Made by a program: the position numbers and the translations under genes. Below are positions 8,741-19,400 of a DNA stretch of 64,000 nt, piece after piece; within the stretch, counting starts at the first letter, position 1, and each line of letters starts with the position of its first letter. Source of the stretch: an uncultured Alphaproteobacteria bacterium (GTDB lineage: Bacteria > Pseudomonadota > Alphaproteobacteria > CAAHEQ01 > UBA3637); contig CAKPYH010000002.1 of the NCBI GenBank assembly GCA_934202735.1, positions 42,945 through 106,944 on the forward strand. The letters run 5' to 3'. The notes below the pieces were generated by a model. It had not been told where the DNA came from and made no database searches. It saw only the letters and a program-made list of their open reading frames with translations.

Positions 8741-11212
8741 ATGGCATCTGGGACCAAAAAAACAAGCAAGCGTCAAATTACGGCTAAGCAATTACAGGAA
8801 CGTATTGAATGGCATATCAAGTATTCTCTGTCCAAACGAGTGTGTGAAGCCCATAAGGATCATCTGTTTTTGGCGCTGGCGATGGCGGTTAGAGACCTAT
8901 GTATAGATAACATGTTTGAAACGGCCCGCCGCCATCAGGAAAAAGATCCCAAGCGTGTTTATTATCTATCGTTGGAGTACCTGTTGGGACGGTTGTTGCC
9001 GAACAATTTGTATAATTTTGAAATCATGGATTTGTTGGATAAGATACACTTGGATAATCCGATTCCTTTGCGTGATGTATTGGATTGCGAATATGATCCG
9101 GCGTTGGGTAACGGGGGCTTGGGACGATTGGCGGCATGTATTTTGGATTCTATGGCGACACAAGATTTACCCGGATACGGATATGGTATCAATTATCAAT
9201 TCGGGTTGTTCAAACAATACTTTGAAAACGGATGGCAACGAGAACACGCCGATTCATGGCTGGAACATTCATCGCCGTGGCAGATTGAACGCGTGGATCG
9301 GTCGCAACTTGTGCAAGTAGGCGGGCGAGTCGTATTTGAAGAAAAAAACGGTCATCGGGAACCGCACTGGATTGATACCAAACAGATTTTAGGAATCCCT
9401 TTTGACATGCCGATTGTGGGGTATGGTGGCAAGACAGTAAATTATTTACGCTTGTTTTCGGCCCATTCTACGAATGTATTGGATATTGAAACGTTTAACA
9501 AAGGCGGTTATATTCAAGCGGTTGAACAGAATATTCGTGTGGAAACGATTTCTAAAGTTTTGTATCCTTCCGATGCCATTGAGCAAGGGAAATATCTGCG
9601 CCTGATGCAACAATACTTTTTTGTATCGTGTGTGATTGCGGATATTTTACGCCGCTTTTCGGAAGATCATGTGGATTTTGAACAATTACCTGAAAAAGTG
9701 GTTATTCACCTGAATGATACGCATCCGACACTGGCTATTGTGGAATTGATGCGATTATTGACGGATGTGTATCGGTTGGATTGGGATAAAGCATTCAGTA
9801 TTACCTGTCGCACGATGGCTTATACCAATCATACTCTTTTGCCGGAAGCGTTGGAAACGTGGCCGGTGGCAATGTTTGAAAAGTTATTGCCGCGTCATTT
9901 GTTGATTATTTACGAAATCAATGATTGGTTAATGCATCAGGTTATGGCCAGGTATCCTGGGGATACAGCTAAACTGACACGGATGTCGTTGATTGAAGAA
10001 GGTGCCGAAAAGAAAGTTCGTATGGCGAATCTGGCCATTGTCGGCAGTTTTTCCGTCAATGGAGTGGCGGCCATTCATACCGAATTGTTAAAGCATAACC
10101 TGGTACCGGATTTTTATGATATGTGGCCCGAACGGTTTAATAATAAAACAAACGGTGTGACACCGCGGCGGTGGTTGTTGGAATCCAATCAGGGGTTATC
10201 CCGTTTTATTACCCGGCACATCGGCGATAAATGGATTACGCATCTGCAAGACTTGAAACGATTGGTCCCTTTGGCACAAGACCCGAAAGTGTTGGATGAA
10301 ATCAACAGCATCAAGTTTGAAAATAAGAAAGCCCTGGCTGCTTTGATTGAACGAACAACGGGAATAGTGGTGGATCCGTCCGCCTTGTTTGATTGTCAGG
10401 TCAAGCGCATTCATGAATACAAACGTCAACTGTTGAATGCTTTACACATTATTCATCAGTATTTAAGCATTGTTCAAGACGGGCAGACTTTGACCGTACC
10501 GCGCGTCTATGTATTTGGCGGTAAGGCAGCCCCCAGTTATGAGATCGCTAAACTGATTATTAAATTGATCAACAATATCGCAAAAGTTATCAACAATGAT
10601 GCACGCGTGGGTACCCAATTAAAGGTCGCTTTTATTCCGGATTATAAAGTTTCGGTGGCCGAAGTTGTGTTTCCGGGGGCCGATGTCAGTGAACAAATTT
10701 CTACCGCCGGATTTGAAGCCTCCGGTACCAGTAATATGAAGTTTGCCATGAACGGTGCTTTAACATTGGGGACTTTGGATGGGGCCAATGTGGAAATTAT
10801 GCAGGAAGTAGGGCGTGAAAATTTCTATCTGTTTGGGTTGACGGCAGAAGAAGTTCATCATCGGCAAACCACCGGAACACACCGGCCATGGGATTACTAC
10901 AACAATAATCCGCAAATTAAACGAGTCATGGATTCTTTGACAAACGGGTTATTTACGCCGGATGAAAATAAAGACTTGTTTGTGCCGTTGTTCCAAAACA
11001 TTATGTTTAAAGATTATTATATGCTGTTGGCGGATTTTGATTCTTATGTGTTGGCACAAGAACAAATTGCACAGGATTACTTGAATAAACATTTGTGGGC
11101 GCGTAAGGCTTTGTTGAATATTGCGCACTCCGGCAAATTTTCTATTGACCGGACGGTGGCGGAATATGCACATGATATTTGGCATGTACACAGCAGTGTG
11201 AGTAAGAAATGA
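8741..11212 (+). CDS. glgP: Glycogen/alpha-glucan phosphorylase
   Basis: 823 aa; EASGTSNMKFAMNGALTLGTLDGANVE pyridoxal-phosphate site; GT35 family. Confidence 0.9.
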   Translation: MASGTKKTSKRQITAKQLQERIEWHIKYSLSKRVCEAHKDHLFLALAMAVRDLCIDNMFETARRHQEKDPKRVYYLSLEYLLGRLLPNNLYNFEIMDLLDKIHLDNPIPLRDVLDCEYDPALGNGGLGRLAACILDSMATQDLPGYGYGINYQFGLFKQYFENGWQREHADSWLEHSSPWQIERVDRSQLVQVGGRVVFEEKNGHREPHWIDTKQILGIPFDMPIVGYGGKTVNYLRLFSAHSTNVLDIETFNKGGYIQAVEQNIRVETISKVLYPSDAIEQGKYLRLMQQYFFVSCVIADILRRFSEDHVDFEQLPEKVVIHLNDTHPTLAIVELMRLLTDVYRLDWDKAFSITCRTMAYTNHTLLPEALETWPVAMFEKLLPRHLLIIYEINDWLMHQVMARYPGDTAKLTRMSLIEEGAEKKVRMANLAIVGSFSVNGVAAIHTELLKHNLVPDFYDMWPERFNNKTNGVTPRRWLLESNQGLSRFITRHIGDKWITHLQDLKRLVPLAQDPKVLDEINSIKFENKKALAALIERTTGIVVDPSALFDCQVKRIHEYKRQLLNALHIIHQYLSIVQDGQTLTVPRVYVFGGKAAPSYEIAKLIIKLINNIAKVINNDARVGTQLKVAFIPDYKVSVAEVVFPGADVSEQISTAGFEASGTSNMKFAMNGALTLGTLDGANVEIMQEVGRENFYLFGLTAEEVHHRQTTGTHRPWDYYNNNPQIKRVMDSLTNGLFTPDENKDLFVPLFQNIMFKDYYMLLADFDSYVLAQEQIAQDYLNKHLWARKALLNIAHSGKFSIDRTVAEYAHDIWHVHSSVSKK

Positions 11213-11952
11213 CAGACATCATTCAAGAAGATAAACGATTCTATGGTCGTCGGCGGGGCAAGCCGATTAAGAAATCGCGCCAAACATTGATTGCAGACTT
11301 GCTGCCACGGGTGGCGATCGGCCTGCCATCGGGCGGTGAACAAATAGACGTGCAACATATTTTTGGCATCACACCGCGGGAAGTGTGGCTGGAAGTCGGC
11401 TTTGGCGGTGGTGAACATGTGGCCGAATTGGCCAAAATATATTCTGATGTCGGTATGATTGGGGCTGAACCGTTTATGAACGGTGTTGCCTCTCTATTAG
11501 CGCATTTGAACGGCTCGCACGGGCGGCAGGCTGTTCATGCCGATTTAGAATCCGGTCGGACCGATAATGTTCGGATTTGGCCCGATGATATACGGATTTT
11601 ATTTCCGATGTTTCCGGACGGTTGTTTTGAACGTATTTTTATTTTATACCCGGATCCGTGGCCTAAAGCGCGCCATGCCGAACGACGGTTTATTAATCAT
11701 AAAAACATCCCGATTTTATCACGATTATTGTCGGATACGGGACGTATTTATGTGGCAACAGATGTGTCGGCCTACGCCGAATGGGCCCAAGAAAAAATGG
11801 ACGAATCGGGTCTGTTTGAACGGGAAAATACGGATATAACCGTCCCGCCCGCCGATTGGGTACCGACACGGTATGAAAAGAAAGGGCTTGCGGCCGGACG
11901 ACGACCGACATATTTGGTTTTTTGCAAAAAAATATCGGATAATGATAAATAA
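11209..11952 (+). CDS. trmB: tRNA (guanine46-N7)-methyltransferase
   Basis: LEVGFGGGEHV SAM motif, YPDPWPKARH motif; overlaps glgP stop by 4 nt. Confidence 0.85.
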   Translation: MTDIIQEDKRFYGRRRGKPIKKSRQTLIADLLPRVAIGLPSGGEQIDVQHIFGITPREVWLEVGFGGGEHVAELAKIYSDVGMIGAEPFMNGVASLLAHLNGSHGRQAVHADLESGRTDNVRIWPDDIRILFPMFPDGCFERIFILYPDPWPKARHAERRFINHKNIPILSRLLSDTGRIYVATDVSAYAEWAQEKMDESGLFERENTDITVPPADWVPTRYEKKGLAAGRRPTYLVFCKKISDNDK

Positions 11953-12007
11953 TGCTTGACGAATGATAAAAAATAGGTAAAGATAAAAGGAAAGGAGATC
12001 ATATATC

Positions 12008-12313
12008 ATGAATTATAAAACACTCAATATCAAGGACGGCAAGGAAATTGTTGTTTCCGGATCGTTTACCTTTCGGGATCACGACACATTTTTTGAAATT
12101 GTGTCTTTGATTAAAAGCGCACAAGACAAAAAGATTGTCTTTAACATGGGCGAATGTGATTTTATTGATTCGGCGGCTTTGGGGATGTTTGTGATTGCTC
12201 ATGATGAGGCTTCTTCTAAAGGCGTAGCGTTGTCTATCAAGGGTGTTAAAGGCAAGGTTAAAGATGTGATGTACGCCGCCCGGTTTGACAGTCTATATAA
12301 ATTTGAAGACTGA
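12008..12313 (+). CDS. STAS-domain protein (anti-sigma-factor-antagonist-like)
   Basis: 101 aa; FNMGECDFIDSAALGMFV pattern typical of STAS/SpoIIAA fold. Confidence 0.55.
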   Translation: MNYKTLNIKDGKEIVVSGSFTFRDHDTFFEIVSLIKSAQDKKIVFNMGECDFIDSAALGMFVIAHDEASSKGVALSIKGVKGKVKDVMYAARFDSLYKFED

Positions 12314-12389
12314 TACTTTGGCGATTTTTGTTATCCCCGTTTCAGTTTTATCTTGACATATAACTGAATCGGGGGTATTTTATATCCAA

Positions 12390-12836
12390 ATGAAATTAGT
12401 CATACAGCGTGTTTTGAAATCATCCGTGGCCGTGTCGGGACAAATTGTGGGACAAATCGGGCCGGGGTTATGCGTTTTGGCGGGTGTGGCCCCGACAGAT
12501 ACCGAAGCGGATATAGAGCAAATGGCCGCCAAGATGGTACACTTGCGTATTTTTGCCGATGAGGCAGGCAAAATGAATCGTTCTTTATTGGATGTGAACG
12601 GCGCGGCATTGATTGTGTCGCAATTTACATTATTGGCCGATTGCATACACGGGCGACGACCCTCATTTACCGGGGCCGGAGATCCGGTACGGGCCGAACG
12701 ATTGTATAACCTGTTTTTAGAAAAGGTGGCGGCTTTCGGTGTGTCGGTAGCGCATGGTGTTTTCGGTGCGGATATGGTGGTATCCCTTGATAATGACGGG
12801 CCGGCTACATTTATTTTGGAGATACCCGGAAAATGA
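12390..12836 (+). CDS. dtd: D-aminoacyl-tRNA deacylase
   Basis: MKLVIQRV..., SQFTL and NDGPxTF motifs. Confidence 0.85.
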   Translation: MKLVIQRVLKSSVAVSGQIVGQIGPGLCVLAGVAPTDTEADIEQMAAKMVHLRIFADEAGKMNRSLLDVNGAALIVSQFTLLADCIHGRRPSFTGAGDPVRAERLYNLFLEKVAAFGVSVAHGVFGADMVVSLDNDGPATFILEIPGK

Positions 12837-13006
12837 CGACAGAAAACGAAATGGCGGCTTTGGAACGGCAAGCCCGAGAAAACCTGACTTTATCACCCAA
12901 ACAACTGGTTTCATTTCTTAAACAAGCCATGGCATTACGGCGTAACCTGAAACTGCGGCGTAAACAACAACAGAAAAGGCAAGAACAATGTATGCATTCA
13001 AAATAA
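12833..13006 (+). CDS. Possible small basic protein (57 aa) overlapping dtd stop and murA start
   Basis: ATG overlaps dtd stop (ATGA); MTTENEMAALERQARENL...; below ORF-track size cutoff; speculative. Confidence 0.2.
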   Translation: MTTENEMAALERQARENLTLSPKQLVSFLKQAMALRRNLKLRRKQQQKRQEQCMHSK

Positions 13007-14244
13007 ACGGGGGACATTCCTTGAACGGAACGGTCCGTATTAAAGGGGCAAAAAATGCGATTTTGCCTTTAATGGCGGCGGCATTGTTGACCGATGAACC
13101 GATTACTTTACGAAATATATCTTATTTGTCAGATGTCAATACATTGGCGGACCTGTTGCAGAATATGGGGGTACGGGTAGAACGCGATTCCGATTCATTG
13201 ACCATACAATGTCAGGCGTTGACCAGTACAACGGCAGCCTATGAGTATGTATCTAAAATGCGTGCGGCTTTTTGGGTTTTGGGTCCGTTGGTGGGACGGT
13301 TCCGGACGGCGCACGTTTCTTTGCCCGGCGGGTGCGCCATCGGGGCACGTCCGGTGGATCTGTATATTCGGGCGTTGCAGGCCATGGGGGCGAATGTGGG
13401 CGTAGAAAACGGGTATGTTGTGGCTCGCGGGACTTTGCACGGGGCCGAGATATTTTTTCCCAAGATTTCTGTTGGGGCTACGCACAATACAATTATGGCT
13501 GCCGTTTTGACACCGGGTCAAACGGTCATACACAATCCCGCTTTAGAGCCTGAAGTCATGGATCTTATTGGTTTGTTGCAGTGCATGGGGGCGGATATTC
13601 AAGGTGTGGGGACACGCCGATTAGTCATCAACGGTGTTGCAAAATTACACGGTGCAGATTATACCGTTATCCCGGATCGGATTGAAACGGCGACTTTTGC
13701 GGTAGCGGCGGCCATGACCCACGGTCGTATCTTTATGGAAGGGGGGCGTTTGGATCTGATGCAGGCTGTGGCCGATACACTTATCCCCAGCGGGTTAGTG
13801 TTAACACAAAGTGAGACGGGTCTTTTGGCGGATGGAACGGCGGCGCACTTGATTGCCACTCAAATTACAACGGCCGAGTACCCTGCATTTCCGACTGATA
13901 CACAACCTTTGTTGACGACGATGTTGTCTCTGGCTCAAGGAGAATCTGTTGTTCGGGAACAGATTTACGAAAACCGTTTTATGCATGTTCCGGAATTGAA
14001 TCGTATGGGGGCCGATATTCAACAACTGGATAACAAAACCGTTTTAATTCACGGGGTTCCCGAGTTATCCGGGGCGATGATCACGTCATCGGACTTACGT
14101 GGGGGGGTGGCCTTGGTCTTGGCGGCATTATCGGCGCGCGGGGAGTCTACGGTACAACGTGTTTATCATATTGATCGCGGCTATGAACGGTTGGAAGAAA
14201 AACTGACGGCCTTGGGGGCCGATATTGTGCGATTTAAACAATAA
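12988..14244 (+). CDS. murA: UDP-N-acetylglucosamine 1-carboxyvinyltransferase
   Basis: 418 aa; KNAILPLMAAALL and active-site Cys region (LPGGCAIGARPVDL). Confidence 0.95.
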   Translation: MYAFKINGGHSLNGTVRIKGAKNAILPLMAAALLTDEPITLRNISYLSDVNTLADLLQNMGVRVERDSDSLTIQCQALTSTTAAYEYVSKMRAAFWVLGPLVGRFRTAHVSLPGGCAIGARPVDLYIRALQAMGANVGVENGYVVARGTLHGAEIFFPKISVGATHNTIMAAVLTPGQTVIHNPALEPEVMDLIGLLQCMGADIQGVGTRRLVINGVAKLHGADYTVIPDRIETATFAVAAAMTHGRIFMEGGRLDLMQAVADTLIPSGLVLTQSETGLLADGTAAHLIATQITTAEYPAFPTDTQPLLTTMLSLAQGESVVREQIYENRFMHVPELNRMGADIQQLDNKTVLIHGVPELSGAMITSSDLRGGVALVLAALSARGESTVQRVYHIDRGYERLEEKLTALGADIVRFKQ

Positions 14245-14463
14245 TATTCGGGTCGGCCGGAATGTCGTGCTTCGGTATCCTGTGCGTTCGGTCATTTTTA
14301 TGGATCCGAATCGGATAGAACGTGTCGTATTCATGTGCGTCATCGTATTGCCGCGGTATCTGTACCGTTTTTAGAGTTATTTTTGATCATGCCAACTGAT
14401 TTCAAGGTCCAATGCGAATGGCTTGATTGTCATGCTGAGATCGCAACAAGTGTTGAACCCCGC

Positions 14464-14493
14464 AAAAAAAGCCCCTGCTATACGAGCAGGGGC
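14464..14493 (-). terminator. Rho-independent terminator of fba
   Basis: gcccctgct-atacg-agcaggggc hairpin with A-run on plus strand (T-run for minus transcript). Confidence 0.5.
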
Positions 14494-14513
14494 CACAGAT
14501 AAATCTTTTCCGG

Positions 14514-15575
14514 TTATCGTACAATACGGGGATTGAGTTCACCTGATGCATACCGTTTGGCCATATCCGCCAAAGAAATCGGTTTAATTTTATCCGCATA
14601 ACCGGCGGCTCCGAATTCGTTATAACGGGCTTCACACACGGCCTGCATGGCATCCATAGCCGGTTTCAGGTACTTCCGCGGATCAAATTCTTCCGGTTTA
14701 GTTGCATAAACTTTCCGAATCGCCCCGGTCATAGCCATCCGTAAATCGGTGTCTACATTGACTTTACGCACCCCGTATTTAATTGCTTCTTGAATTTCTT
14801 CCACGGGTACGCCGTATGTTTGCGGCATTTTTCCACCATAAGTATTGATAATGTCTTGTAAATCTTGCGGTACCGAAGACGATCCGTGCATGACCAGGTG
14901 TGTATGGGGCAATTTAGCGTGAATCTTTTTGACCGTATCAATGGACAAAATTTCACCGTCCGGTTTACGTGTGAACTTATAAGCCCCATGGCTGGTTCCG
15001 ATGGCAACGGCTAATGCGTCTACTTGTGTTTCTTCCACAAAACGCACCGCATCGTCCGGATCGGTCAACAGTTTGGATTTATCAATAGCACCATCAAACC
15101 CGTGTCCGTCTTCTTTTTCGCCTTTACCGGTTTCCAAAGAACCGATACAGCCCAATTCACCTTCTACGGAAACACCGACCGCGTGGGCTACCGTTGTTAC
15201 TTGATGCGTAACATGTGCGTTATATTCATGTGTGGCAGGCTTGCCGTCCGGCATTAAAGAACCATCCATCATGACAGATGTAAAACCGTTTGTCATGGCC
15301 GAATAACAAACGCTGGGTGATGGGCCGTGATCTTGGTGAACACAGATGGGCAATTCAGGATACATTTCGGCTCCGGCCATCATCAAGTGTTTCAGGACGG
15401 CATCATTGGCATAGGCACGTGCGCCTTTACTGGCCTGAATAATCACGGGTGCATTGACCTTTTTGGCGGCGGCCAAAATAGCCAACACTTGTTCCATATT
15501 ATTGACATTAAAAGCCGGAATCCCATATCCGTGTTCGGCGGCATGGTCCAGTAATTGTCTTAAAGAAACTAACAT
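14514..15575 (-). CDS. fba: Class II fructose-bisphosphate aldolase
   Basis: 353 aa; FNVNNMEQ, HQDHG and zinc-binding His pattern typical of class II FBA. Confidence 0.9.
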   Translation of the reverse strand: MLVSLRQLLDHAAEHGYGIPAFNVNNMEQVLAILAAAKKVNAPVIIQASKGARAYANDAVLKHLMMAGAEMYPELPICVHQDHGPSPSVCYSAMTNGFTSVMMDGSLMPDGKPATHEYNAHVTHQVTTVAHAVGVSVEGELGCIGSLETGKGEKEDGHGFDGAIDKSKLLTDPDDAVRFVEETQVDALAVAIGTSHGAYKFTRKPDGEILSIDTVKKIHAKLPHTHLVMHGSSSVPQDLQDIINTYGGKMPQTYGVPVEEIQEAIKYGVRKVNVDTDLRMAMTGAIRKVYATKPEEFDPRKYLKPAMDAMQAVCEARYNEFGAAGYADKIKPISLADMAKRYASGELNPRIVR

Positions 15576-15651
15576 TTTATAATCCTTTCTGTTATGATGT
15601 TAAAGACTACCCATGGATATAGCACAGGTGTCTTGTAAAATCAAGAAAAAT

Positions 15652-16284
15652 TTACACGCGTGTCAATTCGTTCAGGTGAACCAACAAGGGCTTTTGCCGA
15701 TTGACCAATCGTGTTTTCAGGCCAAACTTGGCGGCACGGTCCAAAATTTCCGGGGTGTCGTCCAACATGACACTTCGCGCCGGTTCCAGGTCCCGCATAG
15801 CACAAAATCGTCTGAAACCGTCAGGGGCATTTTTGGGGTGAAACCAATGTCCGTCATAGGTGGTTTCAACCGTAAAAGTGGGTATATACGGTTTTTCCTT
15901 GGGAAACAGGCGATTCCATACTCGTTGAACATGTGAACGACAGTTGTTGGTCCACAGACACGTCGTCCCCTTCATTTGACGCAGTCGCGCCCCCAGGGCC
16001 AGATTGGGCTGAATAAAAGTATAATCAATCCGATTAAAACAATCATCGGTGAATTGATAAAATCGCAACATATTGCCGCCGCACAAAGCCAAGACCGTGT
16101 TCATAATGCCCGGGTGTTTATGACGTAGAGATTCGTGTGTTTGCGTAAAACTTTCGGGTGTCATATTCCAGGCTGTCATCGTATCCTGAAGGCTGCGTTG
16201 CCAAATCTGCCGAAAATTGGAGGGAAGGGGATAGCAGGTGCCATCGCAATCCAAAATCAAAGTTTGATTCGCTGTGTTTATCAT
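15652..16284 (-). CDS. HAD-superfamily hydrolase (nucleotidase/phosphatase-like)
   Basis: N-terminal LILDCDGT (DxDxT) motif. Confidence 0.55.
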   Translation of the reverse strand: MINTANQTLILDCDGTCYPLPSNFRQIWQRSLQDTMTAWNMTPESFTQTHESLRHKHPGIMNTVLALCGGNMLRFYQFTDDCFNRIDYTFIQPNLALGARLRQMKGTTCLWTNNCRSHVQRVWNRLFPKEKPYIPTFTVETTYDGHWFHPKNAPDGFRRFCAMRDLEPARSVMLDDTPEILDRAAKFGLKTRLVNRQKPLLVHLNELTRV

Positions 16285-16434
16285 GTTATGAATGTATCAT
16301 AAAAAGGTATTTTTGTCAACAAAAATAGAAAAATGTTTTGTTTTTAATGGGTTATTTTACATCTAAAAAGGGCTTGTATCTGACACGATTTTATGCTATA
16401 AAGGCGTATGTTTTACATTCGCAAAGGAGTTTTT

Positions 16435-19400
16435 ATGTTAAAACAAGCAATTTTCAAACCATCGTTTATGCCATTGTGGCTCTCACACTTTTTGTCCGTG
16501 ATGAATGATGGTTTCATCCGGATGGTCTTTTTGTATTTTGCTACCTATCAGATGACTCAGGCCGGTACCGTTTTTTTAATTCCGGCCGTGATTTCGTATG
16601 CGTTGTGCTTTTGTGTGGCCAGTTTATACGCCGGTCCTATTGCCGATAAATTTTCACGCGTGCGTTTTTTGCGCTGGATTCGGATGGCCGAGGTCGGTTT
16701 AATGTTGATGGCGTTGGGCTCTGTGTTTTGGGAATCGCGTTTTGTTTTGACCTTGATACTGGCTTTGTTGGGTTTGACAGGGGCCAGTTTACGGGTAGTC
16801 AATAATGCTTTATTGATGACAGTGGTGGGGAAAACACACCTGAACTTTGGGAATCTGTGGATGAAAACCCTGTCGGTTGTAGGGGCAGGATGCAGTACAT
16901 TGTTGCTGATGTCTGTTTTGAAGTTTGATGTAGCCGCCGGTTTGGTGTGCGGTTTGGCGGTTTTGTTCGCTTGTATCAGTTTGGGGACAACTTACCTGTT
17001 GGATATGGATGCACCGGCAGATGAAACTTGCCCGTTGACTTCACATCCGTGGGTGGCTTTTGAACCTGTGTTAGCCTCATTGAAACATCAATTTGACAAG
17101 TGGGCCTACCTGGTCGGGATTGCTTGGTTTTGGATATTGGGCAGCTTGATTTTCTTCTTTTCGGCCGAATACGGACATACTGTTTTGAATGCGCGTTGGT
17201 CCGTTGTAACCTTTTTAAGCTCGGGTATTTTTACGGCCGGATATTTGGTCGGGGCCGTCATATATGCTCGTTTGACACGTCGGGGAAATTTGTTCTCATG
17301 GACGGTTTGGACCGGGTTGAGTATCTCTGTCTTTTTGATGGATTTAGTTTTCGCCGGCGGGGCCGTCATGTCGGATCCGAATGTTAAAGGTATTACGGTC
17401 CATGATATGTTGTTCGGCGGTGTCAATTATTGGCGTGTGATCTTGGATACATTCTTTTTGGGCGGATGTACGGCTATTTATATTGTCCCTTTTTATACCA
17501 TGCTGCAAAAGACATGTGCTAATGCTTTGCTGGGTCGGACCATGGCGTTTGGAAGTGTTATCAATGCTATCGGTATTATGGCGGCCTTTTTGATCGTTTT
17601 GTGCTTCCGCTTGTTGGGGATAGATTTGCAAACGATTATCTTATTGTTTGCCATAGCAAATATTTTTGTGGCGATTTATATGGTTCGTTTGTTGCCGGTA
17701 GAAACACGGCGGCGGGTGTTCCAAATTGTCCTGAAAAAATTGTTTAAGGCCCGAATTGAAGGGTTGGAAAACCTGAAAAAAGCAGGGCCGCGTGCTTTGA
17801 TTGTCACCAATCATACGTCTTATTTAGATGTTTTGTTGATTTCGGCGTTTGTAGAACGCAAGATTGTCTTTGCGATTAATGATCAACTGATTGACAAAAG
17901 TTTTGTGAAGTTTTTGACAAACTTGGTGGATGTCCGTCCGATGGATCCGGTGAGTCCTTTTGCCGTCAAGGATATGGTGGAAGAATTGAATAAGGATCAG
18001 TTGTGTATGATCTTTACGGAAGGCATTATTGAAGGCGGTAATACGCGGATGAAAATTTACGAAGGACCGGCCATGATGGCGGCCAAAGGTGATGCGCCGA
18101 TTGTACCGATACGGATTGACGGGGCCAATCATGCGATTTTCTCCCGTGTCTTGGGGAAAAAAGCGGATTTTCGGTTGTTGCCAAAAATTACGCTAACGGT
18201 TTTGCCGCCGGTATATTTTAACGATTTTCCCGATGATATGCCGACTCGCGAAGTGCGTGAACGGTCCAGTCTTCGGCTGTATCATGTGATGTCCGATATG
18301 ACTTTTGACAGTTATGAAAAGGATAAAACCGTGTTTGAAAGTTTAACATATTCCATGGATATGGTCGGGCGTTTCAAACCGGTCTTGGAAGATACCTCTC
18401 GCAAGCCGGTCAAGTTTATCGGGGTATTCTTAAAGGCCTTTGTTTTGGGTAAATTGATTCATCGGGTGGCTCCGGAAGATAAATATGTCGGCGTGATGAT
18501 TCCTACTTCTAATGTCTGTGCCTTAACGGTGTTTGGGCTGCATGCTTATGGTAAAGTACCCGCTATGCTGAATTTTACCAGTGGCCCGCAGCAAGTTATT
18601 GCGACCTGTCAAACGGTTGGATTAAAAACGGTTATTACAGCCAAAAAAGTTGTAGCGTTGGCCAAGTTGGAAAATATGATTACAGCGTTGACGGAAGCCG
18701 GGATACGCGTGGTGTATTTGGAAGATTTGGCACCGTCTTTGACATTACGGGATAAATTGGCCGGTGTTTTGGCAGCGGTCTTCCCGCGGCGGGCGTACCG
18801 TAAAACCAGCGGCGGTCAAGTTAAACCTGATGATCCGGCGGTGATTTTATTTACATCCGGGTCTGAAGGTTTCCCTAAAGCTGTCTTTTTAACGCATCGG
18901 AATTTAATTTCCAATGCATATCAGGTCCCGTCTCGGTTTGATATTTTACCGACCGATGTATTTTTGAATGTGCTGCCCATGTTCCATTCATTCGGTTTGG
19001 GGGCCGGGACAATCTTGCCTTTGTTGATTGGTGTTAAAGCGGTTTTGTACCCGACACCGCTGCATTATCGGATTATTCCGCAACTGTGTGCATCTGCCCG
19101 GGCGACAATTTTCTTTGCCACGGATACGTTTTTGGCCGGTTATGCCAAATGTGCCAATCCGTACGATTTTAACAGTCTGCGGTTGGTGGCTGCCGGTGCC
19201 GAAAAAGTCAAGGATGATACACGGAAAATTTGGTCTGAAAAATTCGGAGTGCGTGTTTTGGAAGGATATGGGGCAACGGAATGTTCCCCTTTTATCTCCT
19301 GTAATTCATTCTTGGAACAACGGTTGGGATCGGTGGGGCGGTTTTTACCGCGCATGGAATATCGGTTAAAGCCGGTGGAAGGTATTACCGAAGGGGGTGA

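Noticed and set aside
8916-9320. 134-aa Trp/Cys-rich ORF inside glgP
   Set aside because: Alternative frame of a highly conserved gene.
12380-12871. 163-aa minus-strand ORF
   Set aside because: Fully antisense to dtd, which has clear conserved motifs.
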